DNA of 64,000 nucleotides from Lytechinus pictus (lineage: Eukaryota): contig NC_087263.1 of assembly GCF_037042905.1 (NCBI RefSeq), positions 14,386,001-14,450,000 on the forward strand, given 5' to 3'. A model generated the notes under the pieces. That model did not search any database, was not told the origin of the DNA, and was given only the letters and a program-made list of their open reading frames with translations. Both the position numbers and the translations under genes were made by a program. Positions 1 through 13,663 of this stretch are shown in pieces (within the stretch, counting starts at the first letter, position 1; each line of letters starts with the position of its first letter).

Positions 1-2255
1 GTACGTAATACAGGATGAACCCCGAACCCCGGCAAACACATTACAATTTGCAAGTGAGATCAAAACATGAAAATGAGCGTAACTTACTTTTATTCCTATG
101 GAATGTCATTAGAATAGTATTGATGTTCCCTCCAAGATTTTCTGCTCCAATGAAGTTCACTCAGAAACCATGATTTCGAACATCAATTCTATAAACAGAT
201 AATTAGTCTAGCTATTTCGTTTCAGAAACTTGGAATTCGCAGAGTCCAAAAGAACGACACTTCGCACAGATATCGTAGGGAATTTTGGGATGGAAAAAAT
301 GTTTAATACATGAGTACATGTTTTATCCAATCATACAAGTGCATTATGCGTATTTTGACGTCATTCTCATGAATAAAACATTGACCCTCCAAAATCAACC
401 TTCAAATTGTCCGCCGGCAGCCATGTTGGCTATGTACAAAACCTATGGGAAATAAAAACGTGCGGAAAGAGTTCCCTCTCTAGCTCCCTTCAGGATCTTA
501 CGTATACGTAAGATCGTATCTCTGTGAAGTGCTCAAAATTTGTACGCAAGCTTCGTTCGCATGTCAACCATTGCAATCGCATAGCGATGCGATATCGTCA
601 AAATTAAGCCCCTGTTAGCGCGGATGAATATGATATTTTCTCTTTGTGATTGTCCTCCCGTGCGATGATAAATATGTCATCGTATTGCACAGGACTTTCG
701 CGAGCTACCGATGCCATTTTCGTGCCCCAAATTCCATGAAATCTTCCGAAAATAACCATGAAAGTGTCGGTAAGTCAAAAATGTCTTGAGTTGCTCTCAA
801 TTCTTACCTTATTTAGTTGTATTTCTTGTAAATTGGGTCTCGAAGGGTTCTTGATTTTCCGTTGATTGTGAAACTTGAATTGATTTCCTTTCTGTGTATT
901 GCAGTGAAATTGCAGTGCGGGGAACGCAAGGGCTGTGGAAGCCCTTCTCAGTGAGGTTTACAAGCTGAGCTTTGGTCGAATTTCGAGCCATTTTAATCGC
1001 GCGCGCGTGGGATGATTAATTTACATCACTTAATAGAGATTAAGATTACGTCACGTACGTGCGTACTAGTACCTGTGATACACAGAAATGAAATTGAACT
1101 TGAATCACAGTCAAGAAATGCTTTGTTTCTTTGTTTGCTGAATGATTTCCTGAATTTAAAATCATGAATAAACACCAGAGTAATGACATGAATGAGATAA
1201 TCATGGTCATATTTGAGAAATAACTAAATATTTTCTGAAAACGAGTGAAGATGATGGGGCAGTGATGTGCATGCATTGGAAAATGAACATTCAGTGTCAG
1301 ACTCGGCGTTTTACTGGCTTTACCTTTGCACTGGTTTTTCTTTTGCCAACTAGATTAAAAACTCATTTATTAATATGTTTATTGCAATTTTTGAATAAAT
1401 GGTAATACAAAGTGGAAAAAAAGATTAATGAAGATAAAAACAATATTGACTAAAAACTTGTCATGCCATCACCCCCCCCCAAAAAAAAAATACCCACTTT
1501 CTTGAATGATTCGGGTAATTTAATTTGCATTGAAAAAAAAAATAATTGTATTTATGCATTTTTTTAATTTCTGATTCTTTCTGCCAGAATATCAGATGCC
1601 ATCATGAATAACCTCACCACCAGGTTGAACTCCTAAACATCTTGATGATGACTATCTACCGAGATATATCTTGCCTTCTTGAGATTAGAAGTTTTAAGTT
1701 CAAGTCAGAGCGACCTAAGGCCCTACTACCAAGAAGAATCCAGATTTACATAAAAACAAATCCCACGAAAGATACAAACTGATTTTACTCTTAATGTGTA
1801 GTGTGTGTGTGAGACACTGTGTTTGTGTTTATTTTGAGGAGGACCTCTTGTCTCTTTATTATTTCATTGACTGAATGAATGATCAATACCTAAAAGTGAG
1901 AACTGATTTTTGAGGAGAGTAGATTAGTGTATGGTTTTGAGTGAATTTGAGTAACCGTTTTGTTTTTATTATTTTTTTTTCATAATTATTATTATTTTGC
2001 CTTTTATTATATATTTTCAGTTTATTTAACATTAAGTTTAAGTAACCAAATTTGAACAAAGTGTTCAATTTTTGGGATAGAATTTTGTAATTTCATTTAT
2101 CAGGTAATAAAACTGAGTTTGGTAAATCTAAAAAAGGACACTAAAAAATATGAACACTTGGAGATGCTCACTAAGAAGAGGAAAAAACATGAAAGGAACT
2201 GGAACTTAAGTGGATGTTATAGCATGCCTTTCGAAGATCTCCAAGCACCAGGAAT

Positions 2256-2481
2256 CATAGGCGGCGGAAGTGGGGGACGTATCTCCCTAAATTTGAGGTG
2301 GGGAGGGGACGATCCCCCCTCAATTTTTTGTTGATAACCTTATTTTTTTTTTTTTTGGCTTGTCAATTTTCACTTTTGTTTCCTGTGTCCCCCCCCCCCT
2401 AAGATTTTTGGTCACTATTTTTTTTATTTTTTATTTTTTTTGGCGGTTCCCCCCTAAAATTTTTGGCTTCCGCCGCCAATG
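2256..2481. mobile_element. MITE with 8-bp TSD (hAT-like); second copy at 51747-51928
   Basis: TIRs CATAGGCGGCGGAAG / CTTCCGCCGCCAATG; CCAGGAAT duplicated at 2248-2255 and 2482-2489. Confidence 0.85.
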
Positions 2482-3616
2482 CCAGGAATGATGATGTTCA
2501 ACTGAGAGTCGCTGAAGTGGAATCTCCTTTTGTCTGTGAACTTGTTGCAGAGAATGATTATTCCAGGACAAGTTAGATGCTATTACCCAGCCCATACATC
2601 CCAACAATGGATGGGAGACAATATACCCCTGTAATACGTGAAGTATCATATTATCTTCAGGTTGGTTTGGAAAGTAATAATAGTCCTCTAGTCAATATTA
2701 ACGTCCAACATAATGGTGCTATCGAGCAATTTGGGGGTTCAATCACAAACAGCAAAAGTTTAGTAAATTGACACTAGTAAGATAATTAAACAAATATAAT
2801 ACAGCCAAACTGTCTGACCCCTTACTTGACTACTGACTTAAATACTTATTAAAAAATGACAAGTGATGCTTAGGCCCTTTGTAACCATTGCATTGGGCAG
2901 ACTTTGAAGCAGATGACTAGAATTCATACTTTCATGAAGATGAAGGAAGATCAAAAGAATTATTACAATTTAGCAAATATGAAATTAGAACACTGTCATG
3001 GTTATAAAAAATAATGAATTTCTATCAAGTAAAATGACATTACAATGTAAGAAATAACTGCAATCAAGTAATTTCATTTGCAAAAGATATTTTCCATAAT
3101 TTAATAACCAAATTTCTCAAGATAATATTTCTTCTGCACAGAAGTGTATGACATGCTCAGTGTAAATAATGCTGTTTATAAATCTCTAGGAAACCTTTTT
3201 TTTTCAAAATGAAAATACATGTAAACTTAAAAAAATCAGGGGTGGATCCAGGATTTAACCTGGGGGGGGGGGCACATTTTCATGATGAAAATTTGTCAAG
3301 CAAAAAAAGGGCCTTGCTTTCCGGGGGGGGGCAGACCTGCCAACCAGTACGTTTTTGCAACAAAAATACGGCAGTACGTTTTTTCTTTGAAAATACGTTT
3401 TTTGTAAAACACATGAATTGTAAAATACTTGCATTAGCCAATAAATATTTATAAGCTAATGCAAGTATTTTACAATTCACGATATTCATCAGCCGATTGA
3501 TTTTTTGATTTTTTTTAAATTGGCACTGCTCATGATATCGTCGCCCGATCTTATACGCGTCTTGTAACTAGGCTACGAACGTAGAGGGCAGCAACACACA
3601 AGCGTGTTGCTCTAAG

Positions 3617-5208
3617 GAAGGTCAACTCAATACGCGCATGCAGCTGATATACGCGCATATTTTATCATTTATGCCAACGAAATCATACGCCAATCCAATA
3701 CAACAACAAATTAGTAGCGATCATGAAAACAATATGAAAGAATATGACTACAACGATATCAACGATAACATTAAAAAATTATGTTGGAGAATATACAAAC
3801 ATTTAAAAACATACGTTGATATTTAAAACTTTACAAATATAAGTTTAAGAAACTAAATCATTACCAAATCGGTGATTGTTATCAGCGATTTCACCAGACG
3901 GCTGTCTTAGGTGATTTGCGTGGAGATGATTTTGTGACCACTCGCAAAACATTTCGGGATTGAATATGACCACCTTATTTTCTCTGAGCTCTTCGCTGAA
4001 CCCATCATCACAGTGCAGCTGCAGCGCAGCGCGCAGCCAATGCAATGCATCCGATGCGTGGGTTCTTTTTTGCCGTCCATGCCATGGTCTCGGACTCGGA
4101 GTTGAAATTTAGACCCGGATATCGGGGATCCCGGGGGGGGCACTCGACCAAAAAAGTGGTAGGGGTGTGCCGCGGGCGAAACAAAAAACGGGGGCCTTGG
4201 AGCGGGCTCATTGTAAAAAGGAGGGTCCTCGGAACGGGCTTCGGAACTACAAATGTTTGTGAAAACGGGGGTCCTTGGAACGGGTCGCCTGCGTGCGAGT
4301 GCGTATGCATCCCTATGGAACGTACTTGCAGCTAGCCCGGCGGCACGACTGACGGGCGCGCTAGCCCAGAGGCGATGTTCGGACAGCGAGCTGCGGCCGC
4401 TTTACACCAAAATTGCGACCGGAACGGCGTAACGGAAAATATGCGAAGCCCTGGAGCGGATTTTTTTCTTCTTTTTTTCTCGAGAAGAAGAAATGCTATG
4501 CTCTGGAGCGGCTTTCTTTGTCCTTTTTTCAATAAGACAAAAATGCTATGCCTCGGAACGGAAATTTGAGTGTAAAAATGGGGGTCCCCTCCGCGGCACA
4601 TACCCACTATGCATTACATACTGAGTGCCCCCCCCGGGATCGGGGATACAGCGCCTTTATTTCAGATTTATAGACTTATTAGTCAAATGAAATTTAAAAT
4701 TTGAAATCTAACCTTGAACAATCATCGTTGATAAACATCAGCCCTGAAGCCATTACACTTCAAATCAGGCCAGGCAAATTAGACGTCATTGTCTAAGTTG
4801 CTAGAACTCGGTAGAAGATCTATGACGAGTCGCCTGAAGCCCCAGCGCATCATCAGCGTCACTAGCTAGCTACACAACCGGCCCAGACTCAGCGCACCCA
4901 GGCCAGAAAAATGACCTCGATTATTACGGTGGTTGTCTATGTATTTATTGGTGGTGCAGCGAAATTTAGCATAGACTTAATATTCCAAAATGAGGAAAAA
5001 TGTCAAAATCATGATTATTTAAGGTAAAATATTTTCTTTAAAAATAATAGGAATATTTTTAATATTATTATCCAGAATAACCGATCTAAAAAAATTTCAT
5101 TAAAAAGTATTTATTATTAACAAATGAAAAAAAATCAACTCTATAAAGTTCCCCAAAACCCACCTTATTTTCTAGAGTGGTCACAAAATTTGAGCGGAGT
5201 TGACCTTC
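3617..5208. mobile_element. non-autonomous TIR element (Kolobok-like?)
   Basis: Perfect 12-bp TIR GAAGGTCAACTC (3617-3628) / GAGTTGACCTTC (5197-5208); no recognisable coding sequence. Confidence 0.6.
4130..4638. mobile_element. MULE-like MITE with 9-bp TSD, nested in the previous element
   Basis: TIRs CCCGGG-G(n)-CACTC / GAGTG-C(n)-CGGG; ATCGGGGAT duplicated at 4121-4129 and 4639-4647. Confidence 0.85.
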
Positions 5209-5212
5209 TATA

Positions 5213-6219
5213 GGTGCCATGAGCCTAATTACATCAGGAGGGCTAAAGATATTCGTTCGACCCAACCCATTCGAATTTTTTCAATTTGATATTGCTGATT
5301 GACAAAAGTGTATGAATATGATTCAAAATCTAACACTGATTCTAGAAATGGTAACTACTGAACTTCCTTTGCCCAAATTGGGAAGATATATCAATGATTT
5401 GGAACTATTTTTTGACTGGCGGAAGAATTGGGGCTATTTTACTGTTTCAGTTGATGAATTTGATCCCATCATAGTTATCTTCATAAATGGCGATTTATTT
5501 TTAAAATGAGCTGGCTACGATACCCTTCTCTGGTCAGATATAGAATGTCAGATATATATCCTATCCAAAGGTAGTAAACATTCGACCTCCTAATTTCACA
5601 TTTATTTTGTATGAATTTTTTTTAAGTGCCATTTTAACACACAAGTCTATGGGGAATGTTTTACGCGCGTGAGACCTATAGGTAATACAGGCGAGTTCCC
5701 TATAGTGGATGGAATACCTGCCCAAACTCCTCAGTAGCAAACAATTTCTAACTGATATCAATATGTTTAGTCATCAAGTGGTGCAAAAAATGGATTTAAT
5801 GGCTTAGCAAGGCTATATATCAGGTAAAGTTAGTAGGTATGTGTATGTAAGCCTAGGAATGCATATAGACTGGTCAATGAAAGTCTAGGCCTCTTTATGT
5901 TTTGATTCATCATTGGTTTGTGCTAGTGTATTATCACCTACTTGATGTTAGAAAGACCTTAGTTTACAAATTGCTCATGTTAAAATTGTTCTTTGAAATG
6001 GGGTAGAGAGGAAATAGAACTCTGTGAACTTTACTGAAGAGAACTAGAGTGGTACCTTCAAGAAGGTATTTAGAAAAAGGCACAGAGTAAGGTAAGGTAT
6101 CTAATAGTGCTCAACTAAGGAGGGAGGGGGGGGTGGCTGTGTGCTCCAATCTTAGTCTAGCCCCCCCCCCCCCCCCCTCTTTATAAGCCATGCCATCTAT
6201 AAAATTATCTTTCTTTCTT

Positions 6220-6252
<33 letters not shown>

Positions 6253-7164
6253 ATCTATTTATGTATCTCTTCCTTCTTACATCTGATAGGCAATAGCCCT
6301 AGGAAGATTTTGATATAATAGGTCAAGTGCAAATGTACTAAAGTAATATGTTCTCATTCTTTTATTGTTTCCTCATTCAATCTCATGTATATCTGGTAAT
6401 TATGTTTGGGGTAGTTCTGGTATCCTGATATCTACACAAAATTTACATACACCTTTATATTACAAGGAGAATAGGGGCCTATATATATTGTCATTGCATT
6501 CACTCATTGGGCTATATGCAGGTAGGATATGTAGACATCCATATAGTGAATATGACATGTATGAGTAACACATTAAAATGGGTCATTGCATAGAAAATAG
6601 GCATTTTCAATGCATTTCTTTGTGCTAGTGTGAGTGTACAGATATAAAAGAATAGCATAGTAGCTATTAAAAAAAATAAAATTCATACGTCATATAATAT
6701 AGGTGCCATGAGCCTAATTACATCAGGAGGGCTAAAGATATTCGTTCGACCCAACCCATTCGAATTTTTTCAATTTGATATTGCTGATTGACAAAAGTGT
6801 ATGAATATGATTCAAAATCTAACACTGATTCTAGAAATGGTAACTACTGAACTTCCTGTGCCCAAATTGGGAAGATATATCAATGATTTGGAACTATTTT
6901 TTGACTGGCGGAAGAATTGGGGCTATTTTACTGTTTCAGTTGATGAATTTGATCCCATCATAGTTATCTTCATAAATGGCGATTTATTTTTAAAATGAGC
7001 TGGCTACGATACCCTTCTCTGGTCAGATATAGAATGTCAGATATATATCCTATCCAAAGGTAGTAAACATTCGACCTCCTAATTTCACATTTATTTTGTA
7101 TGAATTTTTTTAAGTGCCATTTTAACACACAAGTCTATGGGGAATGTTTTACGCGCGTGAGACC
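5213..7164. mobile_element. element bounded by ~464-bp long direct repeats (5213-5676 and 6702-7164), KolobokP-like architecture
   Basis: The copies differ by one substitution and one T-run indel; each has imperfect inverted ends GGTGCCATGAGC / GCGCGTGAGACC; no TG..CA, PBS or PPT. The repeat is certain, the class is inferred. Confidence 0.65.
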
Positions 7165-7232
7165 CTTAGCTAGAGCAACACGCTTGTGTGTTGCTGCCCT
7201 CTACGTTCGTTGGCTACGAACAAAGAAGGAAA

Positions 7233-7247
7233 ATGGCGTCAAAGTCG
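7233..7247 (+). CDS. HINT2: probable first coding exon of the HINT2-like gene (MASKS)
   Basis: AAAATGGCG start context followed by consensus donor GTGAGT in phase 0, matching the phase-0 acceptor at 21655; the link across 14.4 kb is inferred. Confidence 0.5.
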
Positions 7248-8209
7248 GTGAGTATCTGCTCATCTTCTTACATAATTTTTAGTAATATTTCTAATATATA
7301 TCGTTTTTAAGTATAAATAAATGTACGTAATCGGGGGATTCGAACTTGTTGTCCATGTACATAAGTGTGTGGCTAGCAAGTTAAACAAATCAAGTATTTT
7401 GGAGCAACATTGTTTTCTCCAAAACCTCTCCTTCGACTTCGTGCACTTGTTCACTGCAACCACCCGGGGTCGGGACAACTCGGACCGCGGGCCGAGTTGT
7501 CCCACCCATTACGAGATTTTTTTCCCACAAATTTGCGTCTATTTTTCCGTCATTTCGAAATTTCTTGTAAAGATTTTCTAGAGATATGGTCTGATGGTAA
7601 TGTTCTTCACTTTCTATTACTTTTTTTTCGCTGAAATAAATAAAAAAGTGTAATTATATAATAGGGTAACGCGCCCGGTATTCGGTCACCTCCCAGAATT
7701 CGGTCAGACAGCTGTTTCAACAGCTGTTGAAAAAAAAAAAATAATGCATGAGCCAGAAAACTTTGGCATATCATGCAAGAAACCAGCACTTCCAGCCCAC
7801 CTCCAAAAAAATGTCGATTAAGACAAGCACACAGCCAAAAACTAACCTTAAAATTGACCGCGTCGGGGGGTTTTGTTTACTTCCGGGTTTCTTAGCTATT
7901 GAGTTAAGCGGACGCAGCCTCATGTAAACTCTTGTGACGTCATGACTTTGTGTGTAGGTGTAGTGAATTTGGTACGAGTGTGAAGGGGAAGACTTGTGTG
8001 TTCACCCAGTCGCAGCGAATATGCAACTAGCAGTGAAACTGATGAGTAGCGAGGGCTTATACATTGCCCCTATAGTGAGAGGGCGCTCGACCAGAATTCG
8101 GTCGCGCAACATTGAGTGTTTTGCCGGTGTGTTTGTGAGGAGGGAAGAGTGTGCAGATACGTTGCTCCTCGCAAGTGAAACACTTATCTTAATCCATTTT
8201 TTGTTCTGT

Positions 8210-8620
8210 TAGGCCTAAATAAGTTTAGAATATATCTAAAATTATTTTTCATGAATAAAAATCTTAAATCAAAGATGTTTATTGCCTATGAAAATGCAAT
8301 TTGAGCAGGTGAATGACGATGGTGACGAAGTTGGTAAATTTGACCAAGGCTCATTTTGATTGCCTTTGCGTGATTGAGTTGAAGTCTACATCTTTCTCAA
8401 ATGATAGGGCAAATGATATGCCTACGTTAGGCCTAAATAAGTTAAGAATATACCTACAATTATTTTTATTAATAAAAATCTTAAAACAAAGATGTTTATT
8501 GCCTGTGAAAATGCAATATGAGCGGGTGAATGACGATGGTGACGAAGTTGGCGAATTTGACCAGGGCTCATTTTGATATTGCCTTTAACGTGATTGAGAT
8601 TAAGTCTTAGTGATTTCCTT
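8210..8620. repeat. tandem duplication (~215-bp period) inside the pogo element
   Basis: GTTAGGCCTAAATAAGTT...GAATGACGATGGTGACGAAGTTGG...GTGATTGAG occurs twice. Confidence 0.85.
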
Positions 8621-9189
8621 TTTGGCCTCAATAGTCAAACTCAACCTCAATAGTTAAACCGTGTTATTTTTTAATGTTATCATAGTTATTTTCAATATTA
8701 TTATTAATTTGAATAATACATCCGGTTCCAGGGATGATGGACCCCCCAAGAAAAAAATTTTTTAAAGGCTCTTCCACGAGTGTTATTTTAAAAGACGTCA
8801 TTGCTAGATCAAAGGCTGGAAAATTGCCCCTCAATTTTGCCTGTCCCTCACATATCAGAGGTCTGCGGCTAATTTTTTTGGTCGTTTTAATTTAAAACAA
8901 GGGGCCTTTTAATATTGTCATCACTGCTAATAACATCAATCGAAAGTGGATGACAATGTTGACGAATTCGGTTAGAATTATCAGTTACTGTTGTGAATTC
9001 AATTGGAATTCAGTTGCCCGAGTTAGGCCTAAAGTGATTTATAGAATTAATAAAATGTTCCTTTCGTCTAATATTAATTTTAAATTCTTTGAGTTTATAC
9101 TTTCAATGACTTTTCAAACAGATATCAAAATCTTTACTAACAGTATATCAAACAGCAGGTTGACAACTCGGTATTGGATGGTAGACAAG

Positions 9190-9482
9190 ATGTCAAAAAG
9201 GAGGGCGTCTGAGGTATATGGGATACATAAATCAACGCATAGGGATAAAGTAGGTCTACATATTTTTATTTACTTAACTATACTCTGAACTTAAACTATT
9301 ATATCAATCGGTAATTTCCATCATGCTGTGTAATTCAAATGTTCTAAAATTTTTCCTTACCAGTTTCTCCACAGATCGATGGGAAGACACCAGTAAAATC
9401 GCGGCATGGTTCCAGCCCTTACCTGTCCGTTGCTATGAAAGCAAATTTGGCGGCATGGGAACAGTGGATGGCAAAATTCGGG
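9190..9482 (+). pseudogene. pogo transposase N-terminal remnant (pipsqueak-type HTH plus start of CENP-B-type HTH), two exons
   Basis: MSKRRASEVYGIHKSTHRDK, GT..AG intron 9250-9374, then IDGKTPVKSRHGSSPYLSVAMKANLAAWEQWMAKFG; no DDE domain seen. Confidence 0.7.
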
Positions 9483-10994
9483 GTGAAGAGACTAGAGTTT
9501 CAGCAGATGATTCAAAATTAATTGTCGGTCTCGTCGTTATTTTGTCTTTCTTTCCCTTTTAATTTTTCTCGTTCATTTTTGAAGGATTTAAAGGACCATT
9601 GATGTAGTAAAGGAAATGACAATAGCGAGGGCAGTAGTTTTGTGTTTTAATATGGAACCAGTAAATGATGATATTGAAGGAAGTTGCAATAAAACAAGGA
9701 GCATAATTATGAAAAGGATAGTGTAAGAATAATAGATTAAGGCCATTATGATGAAATTAATTTATGTACATTATCTTCATTCAAATTATTTCATCAAGAA
9801 GGCGTACCACACTTGTATTCAAGAAAGATTTAGCATTGAGTGAATTAAAGATAGTCTTCAATGACCTCTTATATCACTATGTTCCCTAAAACTTTGTTTG
9901 ATTTATCAAAGGAATGATATGAAATCCTTATTTCCTCTTCGCTTTCCCTATATCGGAGGCCGACGTAGATCTTATAAGTATCATTGAGCCATTAATTTTA
10001 TTGTAAAAAATAAACTAATATAAAATCCAAGAAATTACAAAGAAAATATATATTCTACGCAGTTGTTACGCCCTGGTACTAATTATTTTGCAGTACAAGA
10101 ATTATTTTTACATTCTATTGTTTGTATTCATATCATTCTTAATTTTATATAAATTTTATGTATTGTACGTAGATGGCCAAACAGTAAATTTTGTTACAGA
10201 GTATTTGATTTATTGATTTCTTTCCATTTATGAAAGACAAGAGTATGAAACTTATTTGCCATTTGTATTAATTCTACATTCACCTTGCCATTCATTTCAT
10301 GGACTGAAAAAAATAAACAACATCTTGACTGCAAAGACGTGAAGTTTCAATAACATGTTGCCCATTTGACTCTTTGTCTGTAATGAAATTGACTGAAACG
10401 ATGATGCTGCGCCATTTTCTGGTTGATTCCGTTTTGGATTGTTGTATTAAAAATTCTGAGTGATTGAAAATTTATATAATCTTAACGTGAGGGGATTGAT
10501 ATGGTCAGCAGAGCAGAGGATTAATATTCATTGGGGACCTCTATTGTTGCATCCACCCCCTAAAAAATACAAAAGATAATCCTCTTCTCCGATGCCCATA
10601 GTTTGAATGAGCTAGTGTTGATCTACTATTTGACATAGGTCGTGTGGCTGATTATCTTTTGGTGATTGACTGGAGCGACTAAAAACAAAAACCAAGTTAT
10701 TTGATAGATTTTCATGAATGACTATCAGGACTATCGGGATGGCAGATTAAAAATATGATTTTAGAAAATTATGAACATTAAGTAAAATCTCCATAAATTA
10801 TTTATTCTACTCAGTAGCGGATCCAGGGATGAGCCCCCTTAATTTGACACTTTTATCATGTAAAAAGAAACGGGAATTACGGGTACACGGACCTTGCTCC
10901 CCGCTTGGATTCCCCACTGTACTGAATTACCAAATAAGCAAAAAAAAAAAAATAATAATAATAATAAACAGACCAAAATAATTAAAGACTCCCT

Positions 10995-11371
10995 CAAACA
11001 AAAACAGAACAACCCCAAACAAGCGAGCATGCATCTGAAAATGAAAACGGCAAACGGGTATGAAACCATGCAAGTTGGAATGTTACCAAAACAAAACACA
11101 AAAACAACATTAACATAACATCGAAAAGCAAAACAAGTGATTGAAAGTAGGAAATTGAAATTCATAAACAAAATATAAGAACACAAAACCCCCAAACAAA
11201 CGAGCATGCATCCGGGGCATGCATAGGAATATGAAAACGGCAAACGGGTAAGAAACAATGCAAGTTGGGATTATGTAAATACCAAAACAAAACAGAAAAA
11301 AAATAACATGAAATGTAACGTCGCAAAGCAAAACAAGTGATTGAAAGTAGGAAATTATAAATCATAAACAA
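10995..11371. repeat. tandem duplication (~200-bp period) inside the pogo element
   Basis: ATGAAAACGGCAAACGGGTA...AAAGCAAAACAAGTGATTGAAAGTAGGAAATT occurs twice. Confidence 0.85.
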
Positions 11372-13625
11372 AGTAAAATAATACAAAAGGAGTTTTGCCT
11401 GTAAAAGAGGGAAGAAAAAATACAAAAGTTAATTATTAAACATGTATTTTCATAGAATGAATAATGAAACATATATATTCAGTTTACGCCATCACATGGC
11501 GAAATTTCAAACAATACCGTTCAGTCTCAATTCTTCCACCTGTTCTGTTATTTCTAGTGGACTAATTAGGTTTTATTGTTGCTATTATTAAAAAAAAAAC
11601 ACTAGAAATGTATAATTAAGATGTGGAGATCACATAAAAGGAATAAAAAACAGTAAGCATAAGAGAAATTCGAATAGTCAACATCAGATAAATCGCGCGT
11701 TTTCGCGCGACCGAATTCTGGGCGGCGTGACCGAATACTGGGCGGAAAACACCACCTCGGTCTATCGGCAATATTTTGTTCAACAATATTCAATATTCTA
11801 AATGAGTTCAATAATCTGAAAGAGGACAATTTTTTCTTTCTCCTGGTCGGTGGATTTACAAATAAATGAGGTAGGTATTTATTTTACCGGCGATTTCCCC
11901 TTAAGTGACCGAATACCGGGCGCGTTACCCTAGGCGTTTTTCGACAGCTCGCGATTCCCATACTCGCGTGTTAACTCACTGTGTTGGTGCTCGGCTTGGC
12001 CCCGCTCAACAACTGACTTGATTTTGTGATCATTTCTCCTCAAGTTACTCTGGTGTAGAGAGCTGAGTTTTACAGTGTTTTAAGTAGGGAGGACAACGAG
12101 CATCCTGGAACCCGCGACACTGCCTGCGAGGAAGCCACAGCTCGGAAATGGTCCCGATGTCAAAGTATCTTTGCCAATGTTGATGCAAAATGAAAACACG
12201 ATAAATACAATAAAAAATCTTTTAAAAATATAGGCCTAAATCTTAACATCTTCAAGATAAAAACAACACTCATACTCACAAATACTATACTTGTCCCTAC
12301 TATTATCGTTCGTTATCTAAAAACTGGCCGATGCCGAAGATTTCAGTGGATTTTGTACCCAATTCCTCCCGAGTTTTCTCTCTAAACGCACGGCGAGACC
12401 AATGCGGAAGTGACCGTGTTTTTCCACATTTTGATCATTAAATTGCTTGGGATTGGCAACTGGTAAGTCTATGAAAAATGTGGGCTAACTTCAGCGAAAG
12501 AACTTTTGATAGAGATTCTGACGTCAAAAGTACATAGGCCCCGCCCCCTCAATCCAGAAATAATGATGAAAAAACTAAAAAAAAATATGATCCCGTGCAT
12601 TTTTTGAGCTGCACATTATATGGTCGTTAGAAAATCGTATTCTAGTGTTATTCCTGTTGGTTTCATGCCAATACCTATCAGGGTTTTGGTTTCCCAAGCA
12701 AAAAACTAAAAATGACGTCATCCAGCGCTGTTGAATATTCACGTTTCCAACGATCTTTTCGATCACGTGGTTACGATTCCTCATGAATATTGATGAATCA
12801 GTAGCGTGGCGCGACGCTTGACTTTTACGTCTAGTCTAAAAAACAGTCCTTTTTTTGAAAATATTAAGAGAAATACAGTCGCTGCCATGTAAAGTGAGGA
12901 AAATCAATCGAATGAAAAAAATAAAAGACTGGATATTAGTCTAAATTATTTATGAATGGAATTTTCCACAACTTGAATGGAAAGACCGCATGCGAGAGAT
13001 CAAATGGCACGTGTTCGACCCCAAGCCCGTCAAGAGACCCAGGGAATTCCCCTGATTGACGCAAAAATTCAAAGCTTGATCGATGGGCTTCAACATTCTA
13101 TTTGAAGAAATAAAATTCAGAGAGGATGAGAGAGCGTGAGAGAGATCGGGGGGGGGGGGGTGAGAAAAAGATCTGGGATTAAATTGCTGATAATACAGTG
13201 AAACTGTTCAACTAAAAAGTTATTTTTATTATTTATTTAGCTCTACCAATGTGTTCAAGTCACCCCCATTAATAAATTAACTTTCTAACTTTAATCGACA
13301 ATGAAAACAAGTTTCAGCTTGTCCTGCCTTTTTCACCATGGATCTTCACAGATATGCTCCTCTAAACCTCGTATTAAAAAAAAAATGCATTTATGGGACA
13401 ATATTTACCACTTCTGAATTTTTTCTAAGTCTGGTAACAACATTTGCTCGTTGTAATAATATTCCATACCTAAAAGAAATATTTATGGACGTACATATTT
13501 TCGTGTTCTTCGGTAATTTCGAAAAAATAATCATAGAAATAGATTGGTACAGACAATGGCCGGGGTGCATCACAGGCACATGTGAGGTGTTTTTAGTTTA
13601 GGTGAGTACTATTATTACGTTTAAA

Positions 13626-13663
<38 letters not shown>

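Larger units (their letters stand above)
3569..7216. repeat. 46-bp inverted repeat pair (split palindrome) flanking a composite insertion
   Basis: 3569-3614 is the reverse complement of 7171-7216 with 2 mismatches; each arm has an internal AGCAACAC/GTGTTGCT stem. Confidence 0.9.
7664..11930 (+). mobile_element. pogo-like (Tc1/mariner superfamily) DNA transposon, non-autonomous
   Basis: Perfect 26-bp TIR GGGTAACGCGCCCGGTATTCGGTCAC, TA on both flanks, subterminal GAATTCGGTC repeats, internal transposase remnant. Confidence 0.9.

Noticed and set aside
5312..6998. duplicated 65-aa gene (5312-5509 and 6801-6998)
   Set aside because: Chance ORF inside the 464-bp direct repeat; no recognisable domain
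5213..7164. LTR/TRIM retrotransposon
   Set aside because: The repeats lack TG..CA ends, PBS and PPT
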